Below, piece after piece: positions 1-9,190 of a stretch of 47,735 nucleotides of DNA. The stretch covers positions 1 to 47,735 of the forward strand of contig JBHIAE010000024.1 of assembly GCA_046758445.1 (NCBI GenBank), given 5' to 3'. The position numbers and the translations under genes were made by a program. The DNA comes from Candidatus Thorarchaeota archaeon. Lineage in GTDB: Archaea; Asgardarchaeota; Thorarchaeia; Thorarchaeales; Thorarchaeaceae. The notes under the pieces are model-generated. The model ran no database searches. It was not told the origin of the DNA and worked only from the letters and a program-made list of their open reading frames with translations. Each line of letters opens with the position of its first letter. Position 1 is the stretch's first letter.

Positions 1-652
1 TTGGACTTCAATCAAATGTCACAAGTGTGGAAATAAAGGGATGCGCCCAAAGCAGTCCCTCTTCATCTGTCATACCTGTGGGTATCGGTCCAACGCTGAC
101 CTGAATGGCGCTATCAACATCGGTAGACGCCTCATCATGCTCATCCCCTCACTGAGAGATGAGAAAGGACTAGGAGCTTGGCTTCTCCCAAAAGAGAAGA
201 CCATCCCGAAGGCCCGGAGGAGCTCACGCTCTAAACGGAAGTCCTCACTCCCCCAGAGGTCGCCATCCTCGCCTGGAGGGGAGTCCGTGGCTGACTACAA
301 TGACCAGGCTTCATTTGTGGAGCTTGCGAGCAGTAACGACCCCGCCATGGCAAAGACTGTGGAAGACCCGTCTGCTGTCATGGGCTCTGGCACTCATGAT
401 ATTGAGATGCAGCGGACAGAAATCAGGCCCCGACAGAGAAGCCGCGTTTCGAGGAAGTCGGGCAAAGCTCGCGTCACTGAATCTGGTCGAGATCAGATTC
501 AGGCTGGTGACAGCAGTCGTGAGAAAGATGGAACACAGAAGTTTCTTCCTGTGGGTTCACTCACCACTAGAAACAGGCCGTCCAAGCGGCTACGGAAGCT
601 TAGGAATGCCCCAGAAAAATGGGTAGTTAACGTTATATCGCCACAACTCTGA
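1..652 (+). CDS. tnpB: TnpB (IS200/IS605-IS607 OrfB-like RNA-guided nuclease), 5'-truncated by the window edge
   Basis: Frame from nt 2 reads WTSIKCHKCGNKGMRPKQSLFICHTCGYRSNADLNGAINIGRRL (Zn finger plus RuvC-III Asp), clearly homologous to the C-terminus of 28604..30400; followed by a low-complexity tail. Confidence 0.92.
   Translation, partial: WTSIKCHKCGNKGMRPKQSLFICHTCGYRSNADLNGAINIGRRLIMLIPSLRDEKGLGAWLLPKEKTIPKARRSSRSKRKSSLPQRSPSSPGGESVADYNDQASFVELASSNDPAMAKTVEDPSAVMGSGTHDIEMQRTEIRPRQRSRVSRKSGKARVTESGRDQIQAGDSSREKDGTQKFLPVGSLTTRNRPSKRLRKLRNAPEKWVVNVISPQL
208..564 (+). ncRNA. Putative omega-RNA scaffold of TnpB copy 1; the guide would start at ~565
   Basis: Shares sequence blocks with copy 2 (GAAGGCCCGGAGGAGCTCACGCTCT, GGAAGTCCTCAC, GTCCGTGGCTGA, CCCGCCATGG, GGGTTCACTCACC), with covarying hairpins between them; similarity ends right after TCACC. 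5' boundary uncertain. Confidence 0.75.
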
Positions 653-663
653 AACGTGATGAA

Positions 664-795
664 GCCGGGGTTTCCTAGAGGCTATGGAGGCGGTCTCGAA
701 CCAAAATCACGACGAGATAACCGCTGTCTTCGGACTCATGGGTTCGAGAAGCTCCAACTCTCTGTTCGGGCTCGAATGTCCCATCCCCGGCGCCA
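664..795 (+). tRNA. tRNA-Ser(CGA) with two introns (701..718 at position 37/38; 749..778 at position 59/60), CCA encoded
   Basis: Acceptor stem GCCGGGG/CCCCGGC, discriminator G, then CCA; anticodon stem GCGGT/ACCGC with CGA at 697-699; variable arm GTC-TTCG-GAC; T stem ATGGG/CCCAT; bulge-helix(-bulge) motifs at both intron boundaries. Confidence 0.93.
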
Positions 796-942
796 TTACT
801 CTTCTTGCTAGAATCTAGATTGGATGAAACTCCGTGTGTAGGAGAATAAATGCCTGTGGAATTACTTTCTGATGTGAGATGCAGTCAGGCTAGGGACTTG
901 TTTCGAAGAGAGGAAACAAAGAAGAGAAAGACGCAACGCAAG

Positions 943-2046
943 ATGCGGAAGAAGATTAACCCTGACAAAGTCCGTCGCATGTATTTTGATGGGAAGCTAA
1001 CACAGGCACAAATTGCGAAGAGATTAGGTGTGTCACCAACCACAATCAGACGCCTCTTCGAAGACAACGGATGGGAGGCAAGAAGGCCCCGATATACTGA
1101 CGAAGATATCCGACGTTTATACTTCCATAATCGGCTTTCAAAAAGTGAAATTGCTCGAATACTGGGGATTGCGAATAGTACTGTTCATCGAGCATTTGAG
1201 AGAAATCAATGGCCAACCTTACCACCACCAACGAAGGCTAATCCAGAAGAAGCTCGCAAGCTCTATGAACAAGGTTTGACGCATAAAGAGATAGCTGGAA
1301 AATTGGGAGTAGCACGCACAACAATTGGATCTTACCTCAGAGGACTTGGAATCCAGAAACGGAAATTCAATTCTGATGCAGAACGACAACAAGAAAGAAA
1401 AGAGCAAGCAAGAAGGCAGCGTAAGAAAGTCCAAGACCTCCGTGACAAGCTATTTGGCAGAGAGTGCAAAGTATGTGGAGTTGACAGGAGCACGAGGAAA
1501 CTTGCCATTCACAAGAAGGACTTCAGTGAACATGAATTGAATGCACTCTGGAAACTCTCATTTCTTCGAAAAGTGAACCCTGAAGAATGGTCTGCTCTCT
1601 GCACGATGTGCCATCGAGGTGTTCATTGGACAAATGACGATCTTGGCATGAATTGGTCATCAATTAGAAACAGAATCAAGAGAAGACTATCAGAAGAATC
1701 TGAAAAGAGCTCGAAAAGGGATTCGGAATATGCCCTCGATTCGGAGAAGGAATCAAACGACCTTAAAGGCGAAGTTGAAGATATTCGTAAGGCTCTATTT
1801 GGAGATGAATGCTCTTTTTGTGGACCATTAGAAGAAGAAAAGGCACTCGTAGTCCATAGAAAAGATGGGCAATCCCATCAGAAACACACACTCTGGTCAA
1901 AGGACCATCTTCAGAGAATGGACCCAGACGAATGGCAAGCGCTATGCCAGAAGCATCATCGTTACGTGCATTGGGGGATGAAATACCTGGGTTTGAAATG
2001 GGAGGATCTTGAGTCGGCATTTACTGATGCTAATGCATCCGGATAA
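943..2046 (+). CDS. Protein with three HTH repeats and two tandem HNH-like Zn-finger domains
   Basis: Three ~43-aa HTH units (VRRMYFDGKLTQAQIAKRLGVS; IRRLYFHNRLSKSEIARILGI; ARKLYEQGLTHKEIAGKLGV) and two CxxCG..H..LCxx[CH]HxxVH units. Start could be 850. Confidence 0.8.
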   Translation: MRKKINPDKVRRMYFDGKLTQAQIAKRLGVSPTTIRRLFEDNGWEARRPRYTDEDIRRLYFHNRLSKSEIARILGIANSTVHRAFERNQWPTLPPPTKANPEEARKLYEQGLTHKEIAGKLGVARTTIGSYLRGLGIQKRKFNSDAERQQERKEQARRQRKKVQDLRDKLFGRECKVCGVDRSTRKLAIHKKDFSEHELNALWKLSFLRKVNPEEWSALCTMCHRGVHWTNDDLGMNWSSIRNRIKRRLSEESEKSSKRDSEYALDSEKESNDLKGEVEDIRKALFGDECSFCGPLEEEKALVVHRKDGQSHQKHTLWSKDHLQRMDPDEWQALCQKHHRYVHWGMKYLGLKWEDLESAFTDANASG

Positions 2047-2108
2047 GATAAGACAGAATCGCAGCAAGAAGTCCATAGGAGGCTCCCAATTTCCCAGAAG
2101 AGAAGGAA

Positions 2109-3404
2109 ATGAAACTGCTTAGGATAAAACAGGAGTATATAGAAGAGATATCTGCTCTAGTGGAGCGACTCAAATCCTCTATATCATCAGTACAGGTCAA
2201 ACTCGCCGCACTCCGAGATAAGGAAACTAGTGTCCCTCAATTGGTCTATTCCGAATTCAATTTCACTGATAGAAAAGAATCCGACCTTTCAAACGAGAGC
2301 TTCGATTGGGGTTCTCTTCTAATAGCAATGAAGGCAATAACCCCTAGGACTGCCGAGCAAGTTCTTCGCAGGGTGATTCTGGATAATACTTTGAAATTGG
2401 ACGGTTTAGAGAAGATTAGAGTGGAAGTTCAAATTGGAAGGGATTTCAACCACATTCATTCACGAAATTCGTTCTTGCCAGACAAATGGGCTCTCTATTC
2501 TGTAATCCTAGATTTGAGGCACCCAAGAAAGGATACTCGAAAGGCCCTCCCTGCGAAACTAAACCAGCCCTTCTATCCAACACTTCAAGATGCAATCTCA
2601 TCCCTATTGGAAACTAGACCCATCTTTGGACCACTGGAAGGTGTTCACATTGTCGTTCCAGATTATAGGGCGAGGATTGACAGACTACACATAGAAGACA
2701 ACCGCCTTTTGCTTGATGTCACCCTTGGTTCTCTTTCAGAGGAGGAAATTGTAGCAAAGATTTACATTAGTGGTGAAAAAGGGGCCGAAGGTTCCAACGA
2801 TATAGTTATCTAGAATGGCAAGGCGGTTTATGAAACTACCATAGAACCAGAATACGTAGATGCAGTCATTCTCTCTGTCTTGGATGAAGATGTCATTGAT
2901 AGGCGTGTGTATTCGTCGTTTGGGCTTTTCAGTCAGTCAGAAGTCGCTTTTGATGATATTGAGGGAAGAATCAAGGAAATAATCGGGCAAGGTGAAGGCC
3001 CACGCGTGGAGTTTAAACGTGAACTCAACCGTGAGAAGAGGAACGAGTATCTCGAATCTATAGTCGCATTTGCCAATTCTCGAGGCGGATTATTGATAAT
3101 TGGAGTAAATGATAGCGGAGAGGTTGTGGGATTTGAAGAGGATATTGAGGAATTACTTACTAACCAAGTGCACGAGCTTTGTTCACCATCTATTGATTTC
3201 ACTGTGAAAAGTGACATCAAAATTGAAGGAAAGGAGATTGCAGTTGTCGATGTTCCTTCTGGGAATCAGAAGCCCTACTTACTGCAAGGTAGGGGTTATA
3301 TCAGAAGAGGTGCAACTGACCGCATAATGAAGCGAGAAGAACTTGAGAAGCTGTTCGACTCTGATAAGTCTGGTTTGAATCCCTACTTCTTCTATCCCAA
3401 ATAG
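2109..3404 (+). pseudogene. Schlafen/AlbA_2-domain protein with an uncharacterised N-terminal domain, interrupted by an in-frame TAG at 2811-2813 (pseudogene or read-through)
   Basis: ORFs 2109..2813 and 2880..3404 share a frame and the 66 nt between them are stop-free; C-terminal EGPRVEFKR...AFANSRGGLLIIGVND...YIRRGAT are AlbA_2 motifs. Confidence 0.75.
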
Positions 3405-3540
3405 GCTTCCCCATGAGCCTCAAGGGCAACAGTCATCTCGCCAAATGGCAGATTCGAAACCTCGGCTCGATTTCAGAAATAGCACGATTGCCTGGCGATT
3501 TAACTGTAACCCATCGATATTTCCAATTAGGCGACAACGT

Positions 3541-4935
3541 TCATTTCTGGGCTTCGTCAATCGCTCTCTTCATCGAATCCATTGCAGTCTTTGCCAACTT
3601 GTTCAGAGTTGGCTTTGTCTTTGCTCCAACGTAGACTCTAGCCTTGGGCTCGGTTCCTGACACCCTGACAAGAACATATGATCCGTCTGCACGCTCAACT
3701 CTGATACCATCTTCTTCGATTATCTTCTCGATTCCTGTTAACTGTGGAATCAAGATGTCCTTCACAAGAGTGAGGAACATGGGTTTGACATCATCAGGAC
3801 ATGAGATGAAGTCCCTCAGCATAGGATACTCAGGAACTGTCTTCATCAATTTGACGCAGCTGCCACTCCCCGTGCTATCCACCATCTGAGACACCAGTGC
3901 AGCTCCGGTTATTCCATCCATCCAATCGCCAAGTTCCGTGAAGATGGGTTTCCATGGTTCAGACGCGAATACTATGCTTCTATCTTTCTTAGAGGCGAAA
4001 AGTTCTTGGAGTGAGCCCAGTGGAGCTCTGACTACTTCGCCACCTTCAGCTTTGACGACCTCGTCAATCACACTAGAAGTATCGATTGATACGAGCACTG
4101 TGCCACCGCCATTCCTCTGCACTTCATCTCTCGCAAACAGAGCTATTACCCGGTTTTGGTCAATGAACTGTCCCTTCTCATCAATCACAGCAAGACGGTC
4201 TCCATCTCCATCATGGCACAAGGTGACTGAGAAGTCAGAGTCCGCTGCAATCTTCATTGTGTCCGCTAGATTTCGCGGGGATGGCTCTGGTAGCCTTCCT
4301 GGGAAGTGTCCATTCTGGTGAGAGTTGATGCTAATCACAGAGAAGCCAAGGTCTCTCAGAAGTTGAGGAGTGTAGTCCGTAGCGGCACCGTTTGCTGCAT
4401 CCACCAAGACCTTCATTCCATCACTTTCTTCCCCTCTCTTCAGAGCGAACTCTCTTACTTCCTTTAGATACGCCTCCTGAATCTCAGACTTGCGAATCCA
4501 CCCAACGGAATCCCAGCTTGCAGCTAGGAATTGCTTGTCGGCCACACGATCTTCCAGAAACACTTCTTCGCTTCTGATGAACTCGCGACCAGATACGAAG
4601 AACTTGAACCCGTTATCACCAGGAGGATTGTGGCTTGCAGTGACAATCACAGAAGCAGAAACATCAGCAAGTGAGCTATGGTAGGCGACTGTCGGCATTG
4701 GTGCTATTCCCAGGTCGACTACGTTCACACCGGTTGAGAGCATCCCCGAAACAAACACTCCTCTCAACATCTCTCTTGATGTTCTCGCGTCTGCCCCCAC
4801 TCCCACAGTCCCATTTCCTCCCAGAAAGGTGCCAAGAGCCCGACCAAGTCCAAGGGCTAGATCCACAGTTACCTTGTCAGCTATAGAACCACGAATCCCA
4901 CTTGTTCCGAAGAGTCTCTTACTCAAGAAGTCCAC
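3541..4935 (-). CDS. glmM: Phosphoglucosamine mutase / phosphomannomutase family
   Basis: LFGTSGIRG, TASHNP (catalytic Ser), DGDGDR metal loop, RVSGTEP. Confidence 0.9.
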   Translation of the reverse strand: MDFLSKRLFGTSGIRGSIADKVTVDLALGLGRALGTFLGGNGTVGVGADARTSREMLRGVFVSGMLSTGVNVVDLGIAPMPTVAYHSSLADVSASVIVTASHNPPGDNGFKFFVSGREFIRSEEVFLEDRVADKQFLAASWDSVGWIRKSEIQEAYLKEVREFALKRGEESDGMKVLVDAANGAATDYTPQLLRDLGFSVISINSHQNGHFPGRLPEPSPRNLADTMKIAADSDFSVTLCHDGDGDRLAVIDEKGQFIDQNRVIALFARDEVQRNGGGTVLVSIDTSSVIDEVVKAEGGEVVRAPLGSLQELFASKKDRSIVFASEPWKPIFTELGDWMDGITGAALVSQMVDSTGSGSCVKLMKTVPEYPMLRDFISCPDDVKPMFLTLVKDILIPQLTGIEKIIEEDGIRVERADGSYVLVRVSGTEPKARVYVGAKTKPTLNKLAKTAMDSMKRAIDEAQK

Positions 4936-4938
4936 CTC

Positions 4939-5937
4939 TCAGCTTTGTGGCAATGCTAAATCTACAATGTCCTTGGCTGCCTCTCCAATTCTGAGAAGAC
5001 TGTCAATTACGAATAGTTCTGTATGAGGCTCACGGCTCGACTTGGACAGGATGTACTCTCTAGTCCTGCTGGTATCTTCAATCAATTCCTTCTCTGCTCT
5101 GATGACCGAAACGACCTTCTCAGGGTCGAACTTGAAGAGATTCTCAACTGACTTGGAGAGCATAGTTCTCACCTTGTCCGCTATTGTTTCCATTCTCTTG
5201 ATGATACCTCCAATAGGTGCCTTGTCAGTTCGTCTTGCGATGTCTACAGACAGGTCTGCTATTCTCTCTATGTACTGAGCCGCCAGACGGAGGTCAAGCG
5301 CCTCAACTGGGGCAATACTCATCATCTCTGACATGCGGGGATACTGAATTGCCGAACGGAGCTCTCGAACAATCAGGAAGAAGAGTCTGTCAACCTCCTC
5401 ATCGCGCTCGATAACATCGTCTGCCACATCTTTTGTTCCTTCAAAGTAGGCCCTAAGGGCATCATTCAACATTCTCGATGCAATCAGATTCATTCTCTTC
5501 ATTGCTTTCCGCACTGGCAGAGTGGATGGGTCTACCAGACATCTGACCACAATCTCATGCCCCTCTTCATGAGATATCTCGTCGGTAATCTCAAGGGCCA
5601 CAAATCTGTTGATTATCTTCTTCAGCTCCAGCCTCTGATCATTTGTTATTGGCCTGTCACTTATCACACGAATCTCGTCAAAGCCCAGCAAGTACTTGCT
5701 AGTAATCTCCCAACGTAGATTAGCTTCAATCTGAATCGTTGTAGTTCTAGCTTCGCCCGCCTTTGGAAGCCTTGGGTCTACTATCAAGCAACCGTCTTCA
5801 CGCTCGGCAACAACAACTGGGTTTCCTTTGCGAAGATCATGTCTAACGACCCAGTCCTTTGGTAGTATTATCAAGAATGAACTGCCTTTCTCTCCACCTG
5901 TCTGCTGAAGTTTCCTTATAGTGACCATTCTCTCCAC
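4939..5937 (-). CDS. phoU: AbrB-PhoU phosphate uptake regulator
   Basis: N-terminal RKLQQTGG..S..I.LPK.W AbrB domain; PhoU repeats (RDEEVDRL, ERIAD). Confidence 0.9.
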   Translation of the reverse strand: MERMVTIRKLQQTGGEKGSSFLIILPKDWVVRHDLRKGNPVVVAEREDGCLIVDPRLPKAGEARTTTIQIEANLRWEITSKYLLGFDEIRVISDRPITNDQRLELKKIINRFVALEITDEISHEEGHEIVVRCLVDPSTLPVRKAMKRMNLIASRMLNDALRAYFEGTKDVADDVIERDEEVDRLFFLIVRELRSAIQYPRMSEMMSIAPVEALDLRLAAQYIERIADLSVDIARRTDKAPIGGIIKRMETIADKVRTMLSKSVENLFKFDPEKVVSVIRAEKELIEDTSRTREYILSKSSREPHTELFVIDSLLRIGEAAKDIVDLALPQS

Positions 5938-6102
5938 CCGAACTAGACAGCGCTAAATCCTCGTTGAACAGTCCTCTTATTACACTTCCCGCATTTACAT
6001 GAATGCGCTACGCAACGTGCCGCCGATGATTTCCCTTTTATTCAATCTCTTATTGTGGGCGATGTTTAAATCGGAATGGTGCGACAGCCCGAGGGATAAC
6101 CA

Positions 6103-7725
6103 TTGACACAAGTCGACCGTCGAGCACTTTTGGAGAAGCTGATAGAATCAGGTCTACAGGTATCGCCCGACGCACTCGACTTCATTCTGAGTCTGGAATC
6201 TCCGATGCTCGTAGTAGAATCATTGGTCGGTGAACATCGCACCTCGACCCGTCCATCAGTCTTATCACGAGAGTATATCGCCGAATGGTTGCTCGAAGAA
6301 AACACCAGGAAAAGAGTGAAGCCAACTACCACCGAGAACAATACAGTTTCAGATGCGTCTGAGATTGCATCTGAGTCCTTCCAAGACGAGATTGAGTCGA
6401 CGATTAGAGTCCTCAAAAACCCTACCTATGATTCTGTAGGCTCTTCAGGGACTGTAGACGATTTCTTGGCCCTATTCACAGATCGATATAGCCGTATCAA
6501 GAGGATATACGCGGGTCGTATCGACACTCAAGGTGCCCTATCCCCAACAGTCGCCAGAATGAGGCGGAACGATGCCAGACGACTCAGTGCAATGGATAGA
6601 GAGGGGCAACCCAGACGTCGTCCACCAAGCTTGAAGGTACTTGGGATTGTGAAGGACAAGAGTGTGTCCGCATCAGGAAATATGATCATTGAGATTGAAG
6701 ACGTTGAAGGGTCCATAGTGGCAGTAGTCCCTACGGGCATTGAGGGACTAAGAGGTCAACAGCTCTCTGAGAAAGCGAATTCAGTAGTGCTAGATGAAAT
6801 CATATGCATATCGGGGTTTGTGGACCAAAATGGAAGAATGATAGCAGATGACGTGATATTCCCGGACATCCCCATGGCCCGTGAGGCCGGGAGAGCTCGG
6901 CGCGAAGTCTATGCGGTCTTCATATCCGATATCCACTGTGGGAGCAATGAGTTTCTTGAGGATGAGTTTGATCGTTTTATCGACTGGATCAGTGGTAGGG
7001 ACTTGGATAGCTCTGAGAAGAGAATGGTCAAGCTGATCAGGTATCTCTTGATTGGTGGTGACTTGGTGGACGGGATTGGAGTATATCCTACTCAGCGAAA
7101 TGATTTGTCAGTACCCAACATCCATGAACAATATGCCTTACTCGCGGAGAAACTGCGGAAGATTCCGGATGAAATCAAGATTCTTTGTATCCCAGGCAAT
7201 CACGATGCCTGTAGACAAGCACTTCCACGGCCTCCAATCTTGCAGGAATTTGCAGCTTCTCTCTACAATCTAGACGACCGTCTAATGATATTCGGTGATC
7301 CTTGTCAACTAGTCATTGAGGGTGTCAACATAATCATGACCCATGGCGACTCGCTTGACGATCTAGTTACAAACATACCTAGAGCCTCCTATAGGGAACC
7401 AGCAATACCTATGAAATCACTTCTTCAGAAACGCCATCTTGCCCCTCTGTTTGGGGGCAAGACGGAGCTAGCTCCACTGCATCGCGATTGGATGGTCATT
7501 GACACGCCTCCCGACATAATCCATTTCGGCCATGCACATCATAATGCAGTTGATGTTCACCGCGGTGTTCAGATAATCAACTCTGGAACTTTCCAGGCAC
7601 AAACGGACTTCATGCGAAAGCAAGGAATTGTGCCTACCCCAGGAATTGTTACTCTAGTGAATCTCAGAACAGGTGCCCCAGAGCTCAAGTTCTTCCATGA
7701 CCTTTCATCCGAATCATGGGACTGA
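6103..7725 (+). CDS. polD1: DNA polymerase D small (proofreading) subunit DP1
   Basis: OB fold plus calcineurin-like motifs ISDIH, GGDLVDG, PGNHD, THGD, GHAH, NSGTFQ.QT. Confidence 0.95.
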   Translation: MTQVDRRALLEKLIESGLQVSPDALDFILSLESPMLVVESLVGEHRTSTRPSVLSREYIAEWLLEENTRKRVKPTTTENNTVSDASEIASESFQDEIESTIRVLKNPTYDSVGSSGTVDDFLALFTDRYSRIKRIYAGRIDTQGALSPTVARMRRNDARRLSAMDREGQPRRRPPSLKVLGIVKDKSVSASGNMIIEIEDVEGSIVAVVPTGIEGLRGQQLSEKANSVVLDEIICISGFVDQNGRMIADDVIFPDIPMAREAGRARREVYAVFISDIHCGSNEFLEDEFDRFIDWISGRDLDSSEKRMVKLIRYLLIGGDLVDGIGVYPTQRNDLSVPNIHEQYALLAEKLRKIPDEIKILCIPGNHDACRQALPRPPILQEFAASLYNLDDRLMIFGDPCQLVIEGVNIIMTHGDSLDDLVTNIPRASYREPAIPMKSLLQKRHLAPLFGGKTELAPLHRDWMVIDTPPDIIHFGHAHHNAVDVHRGVQIINSGTFQAQTDFMRKQGIVPTPGIVTLVNLRTGAPELKFFHDLSSESWD

Positions 7726-7737
7726 CGAGGTTCGTGT

Positions 7738-8982
7738 CTACAGAACCTCTTCTGCAATCTTGCTGAGTCGCACGTCCTCGTCAAGAATCGTACCAATCTG
7801 CTGCTTACTAACCGCCAGACGTATCTTCTTCGTACGCCCATAGCGACCTTTCGAGATGACAGTTGTATTGATGAGTCCCATCATATCGAGCTCCGAAATC
7901 AAGTCCGAAATACGCCTCTGGGTGAGCGTATCCAAAGCCAATGACTTCGCAATCTCAGAGTATACGTTGTAGCACTCGCCAGTGAAGATGTCCCGCTGCC
8001 CCTTGTTGGTCAACGCGTAGACCGCGAACAGTACAGCCTTAGACTGCAGCGGCAAGGTCTTTACAGCCTCCGTAATCGTATCTCTCTCTATTATCTTCTG
8101 AGCTTCACGAACATGTCCTTGGGTCACTTTCACATCGCCAGTGCGTTCAGCAAGTTCTCCGGCAGTTCTCAGGAGATCAAGTGCTCTTCTTGCGTCTCCG
8201 TGTTCTTGAGCAGCAAGTGCACCGACGAGATTAATCACACCTTCATCACTCACAGCACTCTTGTTAAAGGCAATATTCACCCTCTGCTGTAGAATCCCCT
8301 TCAGCTCAACTGCGTTGTACGGTGCAAAGATCACCTCTTCTTCTCCCAAAGTAGATAGAACTCTAGGATCCAGCATCTCCTTGAATTTCAGGTCATTGCT
8401 TATCCCGATTATTGAGATTCTACTCTTCTCTAACTCTCCATTCATTCGAGTGAGACCATACAGAATGTCGTTGCCCTGACTGACGTCACGTTTGACAAGA
8501 GAGTCCACTTCGTCGAGCACAACCACCATTATGTTGGAGTCAGAGTCAAGCTTCTTCTTGAATATGGACCTAATCTCATCCGTGGGTAGGCCGGTGAAGG
8601 GCACTTCGGAGCCATCCGGCATTCTCGCATTGATATCTTCACATAGCTGTCGCAACACTCTATAATTGGTGCCCACAATTCGACAGTTTACATGGGCCGT
8701 CAATGGATGAGTGACTCCACTTTGTTTGGCTTTCGTGACTAATAGGTCTAAGACATAACGAGCAACGACAGTCTTCCCTGTACCAGTCTTCCCATAACAT
8801 AGGATGTTTGATGGTGGCGCACCTCGAAGCGCAGGCCCGAGAATCGCCCCAATCCGGTTCATTTGGTCGTCACGGTACGGTAGGTTCTCAGGAACATACG
8901 TTGGCCGAAGTGCATTGCGATCTCTAAAGATGGCCTGTCCCTGCAGGAATTTGTCAAAGAGTTTGTCAAGTGGCTTCTCCAT
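7738..8982 (-). CDS. cdc6: Cdc6/Orc1 replication initiator
   Basis: YVPENLPYR, Walker A GKTGTGKT, Walker B VLDEVD, GDARRALDLL, C-terminal wHTH SKGRYGRT; start set at ATG 8982. Confidence 0.96.
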   Translation of the reverse strand: MEKPLDKLFDKFLQGQAIFRDRNALRPTYVPENLPYRDDQMNRIGAILGPALRGAPPSNILCYGKTGTGKTVVARYVLDLLVTKAKQSGVTHPLTAHVNCRIVGTNYRVLRQLCEDINARMPDGSEVPFTGLPTDEIRSIFKKKLDSDSNIMVVVLDEVDSLVKRDVSQGNDILYGLTRMNGELEKSRISIIGISNDLKFKEMLDPRVLSTLGEEEVIFAPYNAVELKGILQQRVNIAFNKSAVSDEGVINLVGALAAQEHGDARRALDLLRTAGELAERTGDVKVTQGHVREAQKIIERDTITEAVKTLPLQSKAVLFAVYALTNKGQRDIFTGECYNVYSEIAKSLALDTLTQRRISDLISELDMMGLINTTVISKGRYGRTKKIRLAVSKQQIGTILDEDVRLSKIAEEVL

Positions 8983-9015
8983 TTGCCTCCGCGTCTCCAT
9001 CCGAAAGTCAGGCAA

Positions 9016-9049
9016 GTTCCAATGGAACAACCATTCCTTCCAATGGAAC
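9016..9049. promoter_or_regulatory. Two ORB-like boxes (TTCCAATGGAAC) upstream of cdc6: candidate replication origin or autoregulatory site
   Basis: GTTCCAATGGAAC at 9016-9028 and TTCCAATGGAAC at 9038-9049 resemble the archaeal ORB core TTCCAGTGGAAAC; a weaker inverted copy lies at 9252-9263. Confidence 0.7.
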
Positions 9050-9190
9050 TTCCTCCAAGTTAAAGGTACGTATTACCCGGCTTCCTCAATTCACAGCTCC
9101 ACTTGGTGTCTGATGGCACTGGTCCGCAGCATTCATCTAGGAATTTCATAAGGCAGAAGCCGTTGTCCGCACCTAGAGAGTGATTATGGT

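Noticed and set aside
796-3540. Integrated virus or genomic island with an att duplication of the tRNA 3' end
   Set aside because: No integrase and no repeat of the tRNA 3' end found
8983-9030. N-terminal extension of Cdc6 given in the ORF track (MFHWNLPD...)
   Set aside because: It is translation of the ORB-like repeat; ATG 8982 with a GGAGG SD fits better
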